64,000 nucleotides of DNA from Myxococcota bacterium (lineage in GTDB: Bacteria > Myxococcota_A > Polyangia > Nannocystales > Nannocystaceae). A model generated the notes under the pieces. That model was not told the DNA's origin. It saw only the letters and a list, made by a program, of their open reading frames with translations, and did not search any database. The DNA is taken from the NCBI GenBank assembly GCA_039028615.1, contig JBCCHT010000048.1, positions 29,576 to 93,575 of the forward strand. The letters run 5' to 3'. How positions within the stretch are numbered: position 1 is the first letter of the stretch; each line of letters opens with the position of its first letter. The position numbers and the translations under genes were made by a program. Shown one piece after another: positions 19,542 through 31,432 of this stretch.

Positions 19542-19592
19542 ACGTGGTCCTCGGGCAGTTGGACGCGCAATCACGGCTTCTTCTTCGATTGG

Positions 19593-19608
19593 TGCAAGCG
19601 CGGGGCCA
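19593..19608 (-). promoter_or_regulatory. Putative sigma54 (-24/-12) promoter
   Basis: Minus strand reads TGGCCCCGCGCTTGCA, i.e. GG-N10-GC with TTGCA, upstream of the small ORF. Confidence 0.6.
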
Positions 19609-19993
19609 GATGTGGACACCGGGTGAGTGATCGCGAGAACGTGTGAATTCTCGGCGATGCGCGGCACGAAGTCGACTTTTTGCCCTAAAGCCGCCCCCCG
19701 ACACCCGTTGGCTGGGTGGCTTGTGTTGTGGCCGCGTGGCGTCCCCACGGTTTCAGAATAACCCCGCAATTGGGCCGCGCAAGGTGGCTCACATGGCAGG
19801 TTTCCCTACCTGTAGGCGGCGCTCATCGATGTCGGCATCTCGCCCGAATCGGCCCGATCGTCTTCGGCGAGCATCGCACCCCGCCCACGCACCGCTCAGG
19901 GTTTTTGCCGAGCGCGAAAATCGTACGAAAAATTACACCACTTGCATGCGTGAAAAATCAACACGCGCACCGCGGCGAGATCACAGGGAGTTT

Positions 19994-20680
19994 TCAGAAT
20001 TCGAGGACGACCCAAACGTCACCCTCGCGCTCGAGGCGAGCGACGTGGCCCTGGCCCATATCGAGCGCCGCTTCGTCCGCATCCGCGTGGATCGGGTCGG
20101 CCAAATGCTGGGCGAGACGGTCTCGAGCGGCGACGAGAGCCTCGCCATGCTCCCCTTCCGTCCACGCTTTTTGGAGATCTTCTTTCGAAAGTCCGAGTCG
20201 ATATCGTCGGGGAGCGAGCTCCAAAACCACGTCCCACCGGCCCATGCGGGTCGCCCGCACCAACGCACGCAGCGCCTGCCTTGGGGTTCGGTGCGCATAA
20301 ACGTCGGTGGGATCTTCGGCGAAGCGCCATCCCTGCTCGGTCCAGACCGCCCGCACGGGATGCTCTGGACCCAAGAAGATGATCGCCTCGGGGCGGATTT
20401 CCTCGGGATCTTCGAGTGCCTTGGACCAGCTGCGTCGCGCGGTGCCGTTGAGCATCGCCTGCACGTCGACGTGGTTGCGGGTGCCCGTGACCAGGTGCGT
20501 TCGGATCTCCGCCGCATCGTCGCGGGCCACCGCGCGACCGAGGTCATGCGACGCGCGGTCGAGCTCACGAACCTGACGAGGAGCACACGCGCCCAGGCTC
20601 AGCGCCGCGAAGCCCAAGCCCAGAGCCGAACACGGCCGGGCATGCCGACGACGATGGGGGATCGATGCGGGGCGTCTCAT
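19994..20680 (-). CDS. Hypothetical lipoprotein
   Basis: Lipobox 'ALSLGAC'. Two NTF2-like segments ending 'VWTEQGWRF' and 'EREGDVWVV'. Candidate -10 TATGCT upstream. Confidence 0.65.
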   Translation of the reverse strand: MRRPASIPHRRRHARPCSALGLGFAALSLGACAPRQVRELDRASHDLGRAVARDDAAEIRTHLVTGTRNHVDVQAMLNGTARRSWSKALEDPEEIRPEAIIFLGPEHPVRAVWTEQGWRFAEDPTDVYAHRTPRQALRALVRATRMGRWDVVLELAPRRYRLGLSKEDLQKAWTEGEHGEALVAARDRLAQHLADPIHADADEAALDMGQGHVARLEREGDVWVVLEF

Positions 20681-20748
20681 GTGCGACGGGGCCGGCCCAG
20701 CATAACAGCCGGAACCCGCCCCGTGGATGGTGGACGTGGAAGGCAGCC

Positions 20749-21312
20749 CTACTTGGGGTGCTTCTTGTCGTAGGCCTTGATCACCTGCACGGTGATGTCG
20801 AAGCCGTCCTTGGCGAAGATGACGGTCATCGGGTCGCGCACGAGCACGAGGTCCATGCCCTGCTCCTTGGCCATCTCGGCCACGATGACCTGCGAGTTCG
20901 CGTACATCTTCTCGAGCAGCTTGTTGTGCTGATCGCCGAGGTCCTGCTCCATGGCCATGAGGAAGTTCTGCAGCTCGATGGACTCGCGCTGGAGCTTCTC
21001 TTGGGCCTCGGCGAGCTGCTGGCCGCTCAGCGAGCCCAGCTTGGCGGCCTCGGCCTCGAGCGCGGCCCGCTTCTTGTCGAACTTGGCCTGCTTGGTCTTG
21101 CTGCTCTTTTCGAGCTTGGTGCGAGCGGCCTTGCCCGCCTTGGTCTCGTTGAGCACCCGCTGCATGTCGACCATGGCGATCTTCTTGACCTTGGGCACCT
21201 CGGCCGAGGCCGGGGTCGCGGTCAGGGTGGTGACGAGCGGAGCCCCCACGAGCATCAGCCCGGCGAGCGCAGTACGAAAGTGGCGATTGAACGTGGACAT
21301 CAGGGCGCTCAC
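20749..21312 (-). CDS. skp: Periplasmic chaperone Skp/OmpH (copy 2)
   Basis: Signal peptide, 'KIAMVDMQRVL', coiled coil, 'GMDLVL...DITVQVIK'. Start is GTG 21312 (overlap) or ATG 21300. Confidence 0.88.
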   Translation of the reverse strand: MSALMSTFNRHFRTALAGLMLVGAPLVTTLTATPASAEVPKVKKIAMVDMQRVLNETKAGKAARTKLEKSSKTKQAKFDKKRAALEAEAAKLGSLSGQQLAEAQEKLQRESIELQNFLMAMEQDLGDQHNKLLEKMYANSQVIVAEMAKEQGMDLVLVRDPMTVIFAKDGFDITVQVIKAYDKKHPK

Positions 21313-21854
21313 TTGTGCTTCTTGTCGTAGCGGACGATGACGCGGTTGGTGAGGTCGAGCTTGGGGCTGGCCCACAGCACGGTCATCTCGGAGCGGACGA
21401 GGACGACCTCGATCTTCTCTTCGAGAGCCATCTGCTCGACGATCTCGGAGACGCGTCCGTAGATCTTCTCGGTGAGGAGCGCTTCCTTCTCCATCACCTC
21501 TTGTTGGAGCTTGGCCCCGAGCTCTTCGAGCTCGGCTTGGGCCTGCTGCAGTTCCATACCGCGCTTTTGCAGCTCGGCCTGCGACAGCATCGGCGCCTTG
21601 GCTTGCAGATCCGCGAGCCGCTTCTGCAGGTCCTTGGCCTTGCGATCGATGCGGGCCTGGCCGCGGGCGAAGGTCTTCTCCAGCTCCTTCTTGGCCCGCT
21701 TGCCTTCCTTCGTCTCCATGATGCAGCGCTGCACCTCGACGATGGCCAGGCGCTCGAGGCCGGGCACGGGTGCGGCCTCGGCTGTCGCCGGGGGTGACAC
21801 GATCGCCGTCAGCACGCAGGCGCTGAGGGCTAGGCGGAGCACGGTACGAAGCAT
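21309..21854 (-). CDS. skp: Periplasmic chaperone Skp/OmpH (copy 1)
   Basis: Signal peptide, 'LAIVEVQRCIMETKEGK', 'LDLTNRVI'. Located downstream of bamA. Confidence 0.88.
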   Translation of the reverse strand: MLRTVLRLALSACVLTAIVSPPATAEAAPVPGLERLAIVEVQRCIMETKEGKRAKKELEKTFARGQARIDRKAKDLQKRLADLQAKAPMLSQAELQKRGMELQQAQAELEELGAKLQQEVMEKEALLTEKIYGRVSEIVEQMALEEKIEVVLVRSEMTVLWASPKLDLTNRVIVRYDKKHK

Positions 21855-21863
21855 GTCGGCGGA

Positions 21864-21892
21864 ACCTTATCGGCGGCCCTACGGGGCGGCAA
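21864..21892 (-). promoter_or_regulatory. Putative sigma70 promoter of skp pair (near-leaderless)
   Basis: TTGCCG-17 nt-TAAGGT, 9 nt before the ATG, with no SD. Confidence 0.6.
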
Positions 21893-22158
21893 GCTCGGGG
21901 TCAGACGATGCGGGTGCCCAGGCCATTCAGCCGGCCTTCAGCCACGTGCGCATCGTCGCATCCCAACGGACGAGGGCCCGTCGGCCTTGCACCGAGGGCC
22001 GCTTTGTACCAGTCGGCGCCGTGGTCGGTCGGCGCGATGCGCTCGCGAGGTGTCGCGCAATGCCCCGCTGGAGCCAGGATCTGGCCGCACGTCCGGGCTT
22101 CCCGCCCGGGTGAGCACGGCGGGAAATCCGGCTGCCGAGTCCCTTCGGCGGGCCTCGA

Positions 22159-24822
<2,664 letters not shown>

Positions 24823-25555
24823 CGTCCTCCTTGACCCGAGCCCCGGTGGAGTCCCCGATGAGGTGTCCGTCCGCCATGCGGATGACCCGCGGGAAACGGT
24901 GTGCCAGGTCGAGGTTGTGGGTCACCACCAGCATCGTGATCCCCTGCTCTTCGTTGAGGCGGAAGAGCAAGGCGTGGACCTCGTCGCTGGTGCTTGTGTC
25001 GAGATTTCCGGTGGGTTCGTCCGCGAGCAAGAGCTTGGGTCGCATGACGAGCGCGCGGGCGATGGCCACTCGCTGCTGCTCGCCCCCGGAAAGCTCGCCG
25101 GGACGGTGCTTGAGTCGATGAGCCATGCCCACCGCCTCGAGCATCTCTTCGGCGCGCTCGCGGGCGGTGCTCTGCGGCACCCGACCGATCATCGCCGGCA
25201 TCATCACGTTCTCCAGCGCGGAGAACTCGGGCAGCAGATGATGGAACTGGAACACGAAGCCGATGGACTCGTTACGGAAGCGAGCCAGCTGCGGCGGCGG
25301 GAGCTGAACGATGTCGAGGTCGTCGAAACGAATCTCGCCGTCGGTCGGCAGATCGAGTGTGCCCAGGCAGTGCAGCAGGGTCGACTTGCCCGCACCCGAG
25401 GCCCCAATGATGGCGACCATCTCTCCGCGGTGCAGATCGAGGTCGACGCTATCGAGCACACGCAGGGCACGGGACCCCTGAGAGAACTCCTTGGTCATCT
25501 CCCGCACCCGTACGAGGACGGGTCCGGCTTCGGCGCTCGGGGCCATGAGGGCGCG

Positions 25556-25584
25556 ACCCTAAAATGGGCCCGATGGGGTGTCAA
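25556..25584 (-). promoter_or_regulatory. Sigma70 promoter of lolD-bamA (near-leaderless)
   Basis: Perfect TTGACA (25579-84), 17 nt, then TAGGGT (25556-61), 9 nt before the lolD ATG. Confidence 0.7.
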
Positions 25585-25704
25585 CGCGCCGCGGGAGGGC
25601 TCGTGATGCGTCGCCGCACCCGCGGGCCACGACGGCGAAGCCGTCCCGAGCGCCTTGCCAGGGCCCCAGGACGGGTGGCAGGGCCCCCCGTCTCGGCGCG
25701 GGTC

Positions 25705-27750
25705 TCACTCGGCCTGGCGCAAGCCGTCGACCGGGCGGAGGCGTGAGGCCACGAGGGCGGGGTACAGGCTCGAGAAGCACACGATCACCAGGGCCGCCCC
25801 GCCCACCAGCGCGACTTCCACCGGATTGACCACCACGGGCAGCTTCTCGATGTAATAGACGTTCTCGTTCAGCGGCAGGCCGAAGCGATCGAGGGCCCAA
25901 CATAGGCCCAGGCCCATCCCGATGCCGCCAAAGCTGCCCAGGATGCCCACGCACAGGCCTTCGGCGATGAAGACCCGCAAGATCCCGGCATCGCGGGTGC
26001 CCATGGCCTTGAGAATGGCGATCTCCTTGGCCTTCTCCATCACGCTCATGAGGTTGGAGGCCAAGATTCCGAACGAGGCCACCAGCACCACGAACAAAAG
26101 CGCGATGAACATCGCCACCTTCTCCAGGAACATGGCGGAGAACAGGTTGCGGTTGAGGTCGCGCCAGTCTTCGACGAGCAGCTCCTCGCCGCGGCCGGTC
26201 CCGGCGACGGCGGCCACCACCGCGGCCTTGCCCGCATCGACCTTCTCGACGTCGTCGAGCTTGACCTCGATGCCGCTGACGCGATCGCCCACGAGCAAGA
26301 AGCGCTGCACCAGGGGCAGCGGCGCGTAGACGTTCTTGCGGTCGTACTCGTACATGCCCGAGAAGAACACGCCGCCGACCTTGGTCCACAGCTGACCGGG
26401 GATGCGCCCCACCGGGGTCAGTCGTCCCACCGGGGTGATGAGCTGGATGCGGGAGCCCACGCGCACGGACAGCTCGCTGGACAGCTCGCGACCGATGAGC
26501 ACGGGCGGGAGGATTTCCTTTTCCGCCTCGTCCTCGTCCTCGTCGGCGCCATCGCCCGACGCATCGGGCTCATCCTCGTCGCCGTCGGCCGGGTCGTCCT
26601 CATCGAGCGAGGGATCGCGCGGCGGGAGCTTGCCCTCGGCGCGCAGCTTGGGGATCTCGACGGCCGGGTCCTCCCAGCCTTCTTCGGCCCACTCGTCGTC
26701 CCCGTCGTCGCCCGTGTCCTCGGGGTCGTCATCCGCATCACCCTGCGGCAGCTCGGGGGCGGGCGGCAGGACGCCTTGGGCCCGAAGCTTGGGGATCTCG
26801 ACCGCGGGGTCTTCCCAGCCGCCGTCGTCCTCGTCGTCTTCGGGGGGACCGGGCAGCTTGGGCGGCGCCTTGCGCATCTTGGGCAGCGCGGACAGGGGGT
26901 CGCTGTCGGGCAGCTTGACCCGCTTGCCCGGATCGGTGGCCCCGCCTTTGCCCTTGCCGTCCTTGGTCGTGCCCTTGCCCTTCCCTTTGCCTTTGCCCTT
27001 GTCGAGGTGACGGGTCCGCCAAGGCTTGCTGTCGATCAACGCCAGGGGATCGGGCTCGGGGATGGAGGCGGGATCGTCGAGGTACGCGAAGTCCCCTTCT
27101 CGCACCAGCGACGGCAGGTTGGTCACCGTTTTGTGCCGCTCGGAGAGGATGCCGTGGAGGATGGCGCCCTGACGGTTGAGACCGCTGCGCACCATGATCT
27201 CGCCCTCGAGGTAGGGGCTGGCCCCCGCCACGCCGGGCGCGGCCGCGACCGCTTCGGTCAGCGACAGGTAGTCGTCGAAGGGCCGACCGTCGGCCCGCGC
27301 CACCCGAATGTGGGCCTTCTGGTTGAGGATCTTGTCGCGCAAGTCCCCCTCGAGCCCGCTCATGAGGCTGAGCACCACGACCAACGCCATGCAGCCCAAC
27401 AACACCGACATGGTGATGATGGTGGGCAGCAAATTGAAGAAGAACGACAGCAGCCCGAAGATGAGCGCCATCAACCCGATGAGCAGCGTGAGGCCGCCGA
27501 AGGCCCCGTAGTACTGCTGCATGGGCGTGGGGCCGACCTCGGTGCCCGGCACCTCCAAGGGTCCCAGGGCCTCGGGCGCGACGGTGGCCGCGTCGAGCAC
27601 CGACGCGTACCAGATCATCCCCCCGCCGACCGCGATCAAGTAGACCGCGCCGATGAGCAACGGCCACACCCAGACCGGGCGCTCGTCTCCCATTCGCAGG
27701 TGACGCCACGCGATGATCCAGTCGAGGCGGGAGAACAACAGGCCGTTCAT
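25705..27750 (-). CDS. lolC: Lipoprotein-releasing ABC permease LolC/E with large low-complexity insertion
   Basis: 'ALVVVLSLMSG', 'LIGRELS', 'SGMYEYD', 'DWRDLNRNLFSAM', 'EKAKEIAILKAMG', 'YPALVASRLRPVDGLR'. Confidence 0.9.
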   Translation of the reverse strand: MNGLLFSRLDWIIAWRHLRMGDERPVWVWPLLIGAVYLIAVGGGMIWYASVLDAATVAPEALGPLEVPGTEVGPTPMQQYYGAFGGLTLLIGLMALIFGLLSFFFNLLPTIITMSVLLGCMALVVVLSLMSGLEGDLRDKILNQKAHIRVARADGRPFDDYLSLTEAVAAAPGVAGASPYLEGEIMVRSGLNRQGAILHGILSERHKTVTNLPSLVREGDFAYLDDPASIPEPDPLALIDSKPWRTRHLDKGKGKGKGKGTTKDGKGKGGATDPGKRVKLPDSDPLSALPKMRKAPPKLPGPPEDDEDDGGWEDPAVEIPKLRAQGVLPPAPELPQGDADDDPEDTGDDGDDEWAEEGWEDPAVEIPKLRAEGKLPPRDPSLDEDDPADGDEDEPDASGDGADEDEDEAEKEILPPVLIGRELSSELSVRVGSRIQLITPVGRLTPVGRIPGQLWTKVGGVFFSGMYEYDRKNVYAPLPLVQRFLLVGDRVSGIEVKLDDVEKVDAGKAAVVAAVAGTGRGEELLVEDWRDLNRNLFSAMFLEKVAMFIALLFVVLVASFGILASNLMSVMEKAKEIAILKAMGTRDAGILRVFIAEGLCVGILGSFGGIGMGLGLCWALDRFGLPLNENVYYIEKLPVVVNPVEVALVGGAALVIVCFSSLYPALVASRLRPVDGLRQAE
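26638..26820 (-). repeat. Two copies of a 42-bp unit encoding GWEDPAVEIPKLRA inside lolC/E
   Basis: Copies at 26779-26820 and 26638-26679 give an identical peptide and differ at synonymous positions. Confidence 0.9.
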
Positions 27751-27774
27751 CGGGGGTCCTAAGGCGGGGTCGGT

Positions 27775-28948
27775 TTAGGCGTCGTCTTCGACACCGGGCG
27801 TGGCGCCCTTGCCCTGGGCGAGCAGGAAGGCCTCGATGAAGGATTGGATGTCGCCGTCCAGCACGCCATTGACGTTGCTGACCTTGAGCGAAGTGCGGTG
27901 GTCGTTGACCTGCTGGTACGGGTGCAGCACATACGAACGGATCTGCGAGCCCCACTCGATGGATTTCTTCTCGCCCTGCAGGGCGTCCATCTTGGCCTGG
28001 CGCTTCTCCTCGGCGAGCGCCCACAGCCGCGCCTTGAGCATGCGCATCGCGGTGGCGCGGTTCTTGTGCTGCGACCGCTCGGCCTGGCACGCGACCACGA
28101 TGCCCGTCTCGAGGTGGGTCAGGCGCACGGCGGAGTCCGTCTTGTTGACGTGCTGACCGCCCTTGCCCGAGGCGCGGTAGGTGTCCTCGCGCAGGTCGGA
28201 GTCGCGGACCTCGATCTCGATCTCCTCTTCGCCGAAGTCCGGGATGACCATCATGCTGACGAAGCTGGTCTGGCGCCGGGCCTGGGCGTCGAAGGGGGAG
28301 ATACGCACCAAGCGGTGCACCCCGATCTCCGAGCGCAAGTAGCCGTAGGCGTACTCGCCGTCGATCGAGATTTCGGCGCTGCGAATGCCCGCCTGCTCGG
28401 CCTCTTGCACGTCGAGGATCTTGACCCCGAAGCCGTTGCGCTCGCCCCAGCGGACGTACAGGCGCAGCAGCATCTCGGCCCAGTCTTGCGAGTCGACCCC
28501 GCCCGCCCCGGCGTTGAGGCTGATGATGGCGTTGCGAGCGTCGTGCTCCCCGGACAGCATGCGGCGGAACTCGAGCCGGCCGATCTGCTGCTCGGCGGCC
28601 TCCAGCTGCTGCCACGCCTCGATGATGCTGTCCTCGTCGGACTCCTCGCGCGCCATCTCGTACAGCTCGCGACCGTCGTCGAAGCTCGAGGCGGCGCCGT
28701 CGATGGTCTCGAGCAGCTTCTTGATGGTGGCCTGCTCGCGCACGACCGACTGTGCCCGCTCGGCGTCGTCCCAGAAGCCGGGCTCGGCCGTCTGGGCGTC
28801 GAGCTCCTCTAGCGTCTCTTTACGTCGATCGTAGTCAAAGATGCCTCCGCAATTCGCCGATGCGAGCGCTGAGGTCGGACACACGGTCCATCACCTTGGC
28901 GTGCTCGGGCAAAACCGGGGCGGAATTTTCGGAGGTGTTCTCGGACAT
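27775..28948 (-). CDS. prfB: Peptide chain release factor 2 (programmed +1 frameshift at 28837)
   Basis: ORF1 from ATG 28948 ends GGAGG-CAT-CTT-TGA-C. The +1 frame continues DYDRRK... and contains SPF ('RISPFD') and GGQ. Confidence 0.96.
28834..28848 (-). other. prfB frameshift cassette (internal SD + CTT TGA C)
   Basis: Minus strand reads GGAGG CAT CTT TGA C, the canonical spacing. Confidence 0.95.
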
Positions 28949-28971
28949 GGGAGTTGCCGATACCGAAGGGT

Positions 28972-30360
28972 CTAGACCTCGATGAGCCGCAGCTGGCGGG
29001 GCTTGGGCTCGACGTCGATGGACACCGGGTAGTCCCCGGTGAAGCACGCGTCGCAGAAGGTCTTGGTGGAATCGGCCTGCACGGCGGCGCGCAGGCCTTC
29101 GGGGCTGAGATACCCCAGGGAGTCGGCTTCGATCGCGTCCCGAATCTGGTCGACGGTCTGGGTCGACGCGGCCAGCTCGGCCCGGGTCGGGGTGTCGATG
29201 CCGTAGTAGCAGGAGCCATTGACGGGCGGCGACGAGATCCGCACGTGGACCTCGGCCGCGCCGGCCTGCCGGATGAGGCGGACGATCTTGCGCGAGGTGG
29301 TGCCCCGCACCAGGGAGTCGTCGACGACGACGACCCGCTTGCCACGCAGAAGGTGCGGCACCGCGTTGAGCTTGAGCCGCACGCCGAAGTGGCGGATGGA
29401 GTCGGAGGGCTCGATGAAGGTCCGCCCCACGTAGTGGTTGCGGATGAGGCCCATCTCGAAGGGAATCTTGCTCTGCTGAGCGTAGCCCAGGGCCGCGACC
29501 ACGCCCGAGTCGGGCACGGGGATGACCGCGTCGGCCTCGATGGGGTGCTGAATGGCCAGCTGCTTGCCCATGGCCACGCGGGCCTCGTAGACCGAGTCGC
29601 CGTCGAGCACCGAGTCGGGCCGCGAGAAGTACACGTGCTCGAACACGCACGCGCGACGGGGCGCGGTGGTCATGCGGGTCGAGGTGACGCCGTCGCTGTC
29701 GATGACGAGGATCTCGCCCGGCTCGACGTCGCGGACGCGCTCGGCTTCGAGCAGGTCGAAGGCGCAGGTCTCGGAGGCCACGACCCAGGCGTCGGGGTGG
29801 CTCTTGAGCTTGCCGAGCACCAGCGGGCGGAAGCCGTGGGGGTCGCGGACGGCGATGAGCTTGTCCTCGGTGGTCAGCACCAGGCTGAACGCGCCTCGGA
29901 TCTGGCCCAGAGCATCCGCCAGCTGGCCGACCAGGCCCTTGGCCTGGCTGCGCGCCATGAGCTGGAGGATGACCTCGGTATCGCTCTGCGAGGCGAAGAT
30001 CGCCCCGTCGGACTCGAGCTGCTCGCGCAACGGGTCTTCGTTGACGAGGTTGCCGTTGTGCGCGACGGCGAAGGCCCCCGCCTTGGTGTGCGCCCACAGG
30101 GGCTGGATGTTCTTGGCGATCGACCCGCCCGAGGTCGTGTAGCGCACGTGCCCGATGGCGATGTCGCCCGGCAGCTGCGACAACACCTCGCGGGTGAAGA
30201 TCTTGCGGACCTGGCCCATGGCCCGGAACGCGTGGAGGATGCCCCCTTGGTTCGACACGACCCCGGCCGACTCCTGCCCCCGATGTTGGAGAGCGTGAAG
30301 CCCCAGGTAGCTGAGGTTGGCCGCCTCAGGATGCCGCCAGATACCGAAAACACCGCACAT
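28972..30360 (-). CDS. purF: Amidophosphoribosyltransferase
   Basis: Start re-called to MCGVFG (catalytic Cys), 'LQHRGQE', 'HNGNL', 'VDDSLVRGTT', 'CDACF'. Confidence 0.97.
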   Translation of the reverse strand: MCGVFGIWRHPEAANLSYLGLHALQHRGQESAGVVSNQGGILHAFRAMGQVRKIFTREVLSQLPGDIAIGHVRYTTSGGSIAKNIQPLWAHTKAGAFAVAHNGNLVNEDPLREQLESDGAIFASQSDTEVILQLMARSQAKGLVGQLADALGQIRGAFSLVLTTEDKLIAVRDPHGFRPLVLGKLKSHPDAWVVASETCAFDLLEAERVRDVEPGEILVIDSDGVTSTRMTTAPRRACVFEHVYFSRPDSVLDGDSVYEARVAMGKQLAIQHPIEADAVIPVPDSGVVAALGYAQQSKIPFEMGLIRNHYVGRTFIEPSDSIRHFGVRLKLNAVPHLLRGKRVVVVDDSLVRGTTSRKIVRLIRQAGAAEVHVRISSPPVNGSCYYGIDTPTRAELAASTQTVDQIRDAIEADSLGYLSPEGLRAAVQADSTKTFCDACFTGDYPVSIDVEPKPRQLRLIEV

Positions 30361-30447
30361 GGCCGTTACGAAGCGCTCCGTTGCTAGCACGTTTGCCCAA
30401 CCAGCGGCAGCCCCGGGCATCACCCGACCGGGGCTCCACTGGCGTGG

Positions 30448-30807
30448 CTAGACCAACATCTTGGCCACGGTCTGCAATGCGGTCAGCGCAAAAGCCGCCC
30501 ACATGACGCTTCGGGAGCGCTCGAAGGCCACCCCGTCGACCAGCCTCGCCGTCAGCGCCAGGAGGATCATGTTGACCAGCGCCTGAACCGCGAAGACCCC
30601 GACGGGCCCCGTGATCACGACCGGCAACAAAAAGACCAGGGTGAGCAGAGCCACGAGCAGCTTGCCCAGCAGCGCCGACAAGATCCCGCAGACGAAGCCG
30701 GCCTTGAGCGCACCGCTCATGCCTCCGACTCGAACGCCGCGAACCATCGCGGGCAGCAGCAGGAGACCAAGAGCAAAACCGAGGACGGAGGCGATGAACG
30801 AACCCAT
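30448..30807 (-). CDS. Small 4-TM membrane protein (YvlD / 'phage holin superfamily IV'-like)
   Basis: Four hydrophobic segments, 'VRGVRV', 'LPVVITGP..VQALVN..L..LVDGV'. SD GGGAGA. Confidence 0.7.
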   Translation of the reverse strand: MGSFIASVLGFALGLLLLPAMVRGVRVGGMSGALKAGFVCGILSALLGKLLVALLTLVFLLPVVITGPVGVFAVQALVNMILLALTARLVDGVAFERSRSVMWAAFALTALQTVAKMLV

Positions 30808-30880
30808 GGGCGCTTCTCCCGATGTGGCCCGTCGCCGCGCCTTGCGCGGTGCGAGCCCTTCGAACTATCAACTCTAGCGC

Positions 30881-31417
30881 ATGACGACCCTACGTCCGAC
30901 CCTGCCGTGGGGAATCCTCCTCGGGCTGCTGTGCGCGTGTCATCCCGTGCACCCCGAGCGCTCCGTCGAGGGGATTCCGCAGGCGTGCTGTTCCGTCGCC
31001 GACCCGAAGCTCGAGAAGTTCGAGGGCTGCCGGATCCCGCGACGCAGCTGCCGTAGCAAGAAGGGCGAGAAGTTCTGGATGCGCGGCGCGGTGTCGTGCG
31101 GCCCCGTCGACCCGGACAACTGCACGGGCGGTCGCTGCTGCACCTACGCCCCGCAGTACGACGGCGACCTCAGCGAGCCCATCGAGAACTGGGCGCCGCC
31201 GGGACACACCACGCCGACCAACAACGTCACCGATCCCAACGCCGAGCCGCAGCACGACATCCCGCCGCCGGATGCGAAGCCCGAGGCCGCGCCCGCCGAC
31301 GCCCCGGCCGCGGCCGAGGCTCCAGCCGCGACCGAGACTCCAGCCGCGACCGAGACTCCAGCCGCCAAAGAAGCACCCGCGGCCGCCGACGCGCCCGAAG
31401 CCACGCCCGGTAGCTGA
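30881..31417 (+). CDS. Cys-rich hypothetical lipoprotein with Ala/Pro/Glu tail
   Basis: Signal peptide ending 'LLCAC'. Eight further Cys (CC-C-C-C-C-CC). Low-complexity tail. Confidence 0.7.
   Translation: MTTLRPTLPWGILLGLLCACHPVHPERSVEGIPQACCSVADPKLEKFEGCRIPRRSCRSKKGEKFWMRGAVSCGPVDPDNCTGGRCCTYAPQYDGDLSEPIENWAPPGHTTPTNNVTDPNAEPQHDIPPPDAKPEAAPADAPAAAEAPAATETPAATETPAAKEAPAAADAPEATPGS
31320..31365 (+). repeat. 18-bp tandem repeat (CTCCAGCCGCGACCGAGA x ~2.5) encoding PAATET
   Basis: Exact copies at 31320-31337 and 31338-31355 plus a partial third. Confidence 0.85.
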
Positions 31418-31432
31418 GCGTCCCTTCGAAAC

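Noticed and set aside
19643..20773. 376-aa + strand ORF across the intergenic region and lipoprotein gene
   Set aside because: It has atypical composition, overlaps a better minus-strand lipoprotein and a promoter region, and shows no motifs.
28835..30097. 420-aa minus-strand ORF overlapping purF
   Set aside because: It is an off-frame shadow of purF. Only its last 37 codons are real, as prfB ORF1.
30448..30807. Holin-like gene as evidence of a prophage
   Set aside because: No endolysin, integrase or structural phage genes are nearby, and this membrane family is common in chromosomal contexts.
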